Source: Squalus acanthias
Lineage: Eukaryota
Direction: 5' to 3'
DNA length: 64,000 nucleotides
Assembly (NCBI GenBank): GCA_030390025.1
Contig: CM059431.1
Location: 103,790,001 to 103,854,000 of the forward strand
The position numbers and the translations under genes are program-made. The notes under the pieces are model-generated. The model saw nothing but the letters and a program-made list of their open reading frames with translations. It made no database searches and was not told the origin of the DNA. Below, one piece after another: positions 61,955 to 64,000 of the stretch (position 1 is its first letter; each line of letters opens with the position of its first letter).

Positions 61955-63362
61955 AACCCTGTGCTCGCTGACCTACATTGGATCCTGGTTAAGCAACGCC
62001 TCAATTTTAAAATTCTCATCCTTGGTTTCAAATCCCTCCATGGCCTCGCCCCTCCCTATCTCTGTAATCTCCTTCAGCCCTACAACCCCCTGAGATCTCT
62101 GCGCTCCTCTAATTCTGCCCTCTTCAGCATCCCTGATTATAATCGCTCCACCATTGGTGGCCGTGCCTTCAGCTGTCTGGACCCTAAGTTCTGGAATTCC
62201 CTCCCTAAACCTCTCCGCCTCTTTACCTCTCATTCGTCCTTTAAGATGCTCCTTAAATCCTACCTCTTTGACCAAGCTTTTGGTCATCTGCCCTAATTTC
62301 TTTTTATGTGACTCGATGTCAATTTTTTTTGCCTTATAATACTAGGGACAGAGAGACCTGGGAGTTAATGTGCATAGGTCCCTGAAGGTGGCAGGACATA
62401 TTGAGAGAGTGGTTAGCAAAGCATATGGGATCTTGGGCTTCATAAATAGAGGTAGAAAAGCAGAGAAGTTATGCTGAATCTTTATAAAGCGCTGGTTAGG
62501 CCACAACTTTAGTATTGCGTCCAGTTCTGGTCACCACACTTTAGGAAGGATGTGAAGGCCCTTGAGAGGGAGCTGAGGAGATTTCCCAGAATGGTTCCGG
62601 GGATAGCGCCCCGGAAAAATTAGCGCCCCCGCGACAGAAATTGAGTGGTAGCGCCCCAAAAGGGAAGCGGGGCGCCACTGGAAGCGCCCCGCCTCCCTCT
62701 TGGGGTGCTGTGAGAGAACATTGCGGCGCTACGTGCCGCAGCGCCACGGTATTGCAGGCCTTTCTCCCCTTCTTAAAGGGGAGGGGCATTGCGCAGCGCA
62801 ACCCGGGGCCCAGCTGGGTCCCAGGGATCAGAGTGCCGGCAAAAGAGCCTGGCACTCAAGGGAAGTGCCGGGCTCACGGAGAGTAGCCTGGCACTCCATG
62901 GGGGGCCGGTTAATGAGGCCGGGGACGGGAGCGGGGGCAGGTGCTGGCAGGCGGCCAGCAACAAACATGGCCGCCCGGCACCTCGCCTTTAAATAGCGTC
63001 GCCTCAGCCGCAGGTTGGCCCCCCTGATCCTGTCGGACATAGCATCCGGTGGTAAGTCAGGGGGCGCTACCGAAGATTGCGGCCGGGGCGCGAGCAGGGC
63101 GCTGCGCACGGCGATGACATCATCAGTGGCGGCGCAGCGCCGCAGGGCGCTAACGGTTACCTGCCGCCACTAACCTCCCGCTGAATTTCGCGGGAGGCGT
63201 TAGCGGTGCCACACCCGGGCGCTAGTTGCTTTGCGCCCCATTAGCGCCCTAAGAGGAGGCGCAAAGCAACCAAATTTTTCCCCCATGACTCCTGTGCAGC
63301 GCCTTGGGACGTTTTACTACGTTAAAGGAGCTATATAAATACAAGTTGTTGTTGTTGTTGTT
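61955..63362 (+). mobile_element. L2 3' fragment (61955-62343 + 63288-63362) split by an internal CR1 piece (62344-62603) and a left-truncated GC-rich Harbinger MITE (62605-63284)
   Basis: L2 tail AATACT|CCTGTGCAG rejoined; MITE right end AAATTTTTCCCCC similar to 54100-54281. Confidence 0.8.
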
Positions 63363-63864
63363 CATGCTGCACACTAAGGCGCAAAGCATTCACATTCTTT
63401 TCCTGTTAGCAAACACAAAGTGCTGTTGATTCACAACATTAATCCTCTGGGAGTACATAATAAAACCAGGAAGCAATGCTTGCATTAGTATCGAACAGAT
63501 ACCGACACACTCCAGTGCATCGTGATGCTGTGGAAAGGTTTTTCTTTGCAAGCAAAAGCAGAAGATGGGGATGGTTTTTTAATTCAGATGGATGGCCAGA
63601 CGATATTTACTGCAGGGCATTGGGAAAGGGCAGCTTCCCACCTCTGCATACTTCTGCACACCTTTGCCCCTGGTTGATCTTTAGCAAGGCCTTTAACAAG
63701 CAATTTGACTTTACAAAGGGAGCAAGGCTCAGTGCTAATGGATGAAAGCCGTGCTGCTTGCTTAATTAAAATTAATACTCTGAGGAAAATAACAGGCCTG
63801 ATCTCACTGGAGTGGGGCATCTCGCAGTGTGTCCTGTAAGTTAAACTTTTTACTGCACCCTTCA

Positions 63865-64000
63865 GAAAGACTTGCATTTCTATCGCACCTTTCAGGATGT
63901 CCCAAAGCGCTTTACAGCCAATGAAGTAATTTTGAAGTGTAGGCACTGTTGTAATGTAGGAAATGCTGCAGCCAATTGCACGCAGCAAGCTCCCACAAAC
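63865..64000 (-). mobile_element. DeuSINE 3' end (runs off window)
   Basis: Matches SINE tail. Confidence 0.85.

Noticed and set aside
62605..63284. CpG-island host promoter
   Set aside because: GC-rich sequence is a Harbinger-type MITE related to 53406-54281

Overview
Repeat-dominated, apparently intergenic or deep-intronic vertebrate DNA, most likely a cartilaginous fish (SacSINE1-like Deu-domain tRNA SINEs, esterase-ORF1 CR1s, L2 with (CAA)n tails). No host protein-coding gene was recognised; nearly all listed ORFs are transposon-derived or spurious. Main elements: a Tx1/L1-group LINE (4601-9501) inserted in a SINE head with a 16-bp TSD; a decayed two-gene PIF/Harbinger transposon (13806-17834) plus many Harbinger-type MITEs; a near-complete CR1 (20979-25726); a ~1-kb solo LTR; a single-ORF CR1-group LINE whose 5' end is tRNA-like (58085-61312); about 16 DeuSINE copies; and Penelope remnants. 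The most interesting signal is a family of tiny (~85-420 bp) Penelope-derived, mostly fold-back insertions with 12-14 bp TSDs carrying minimal hammerhead ribozyme motifs with visible covariation. Coordinates were read by eye; boundaries without a TSD are approximate and no database search was run.
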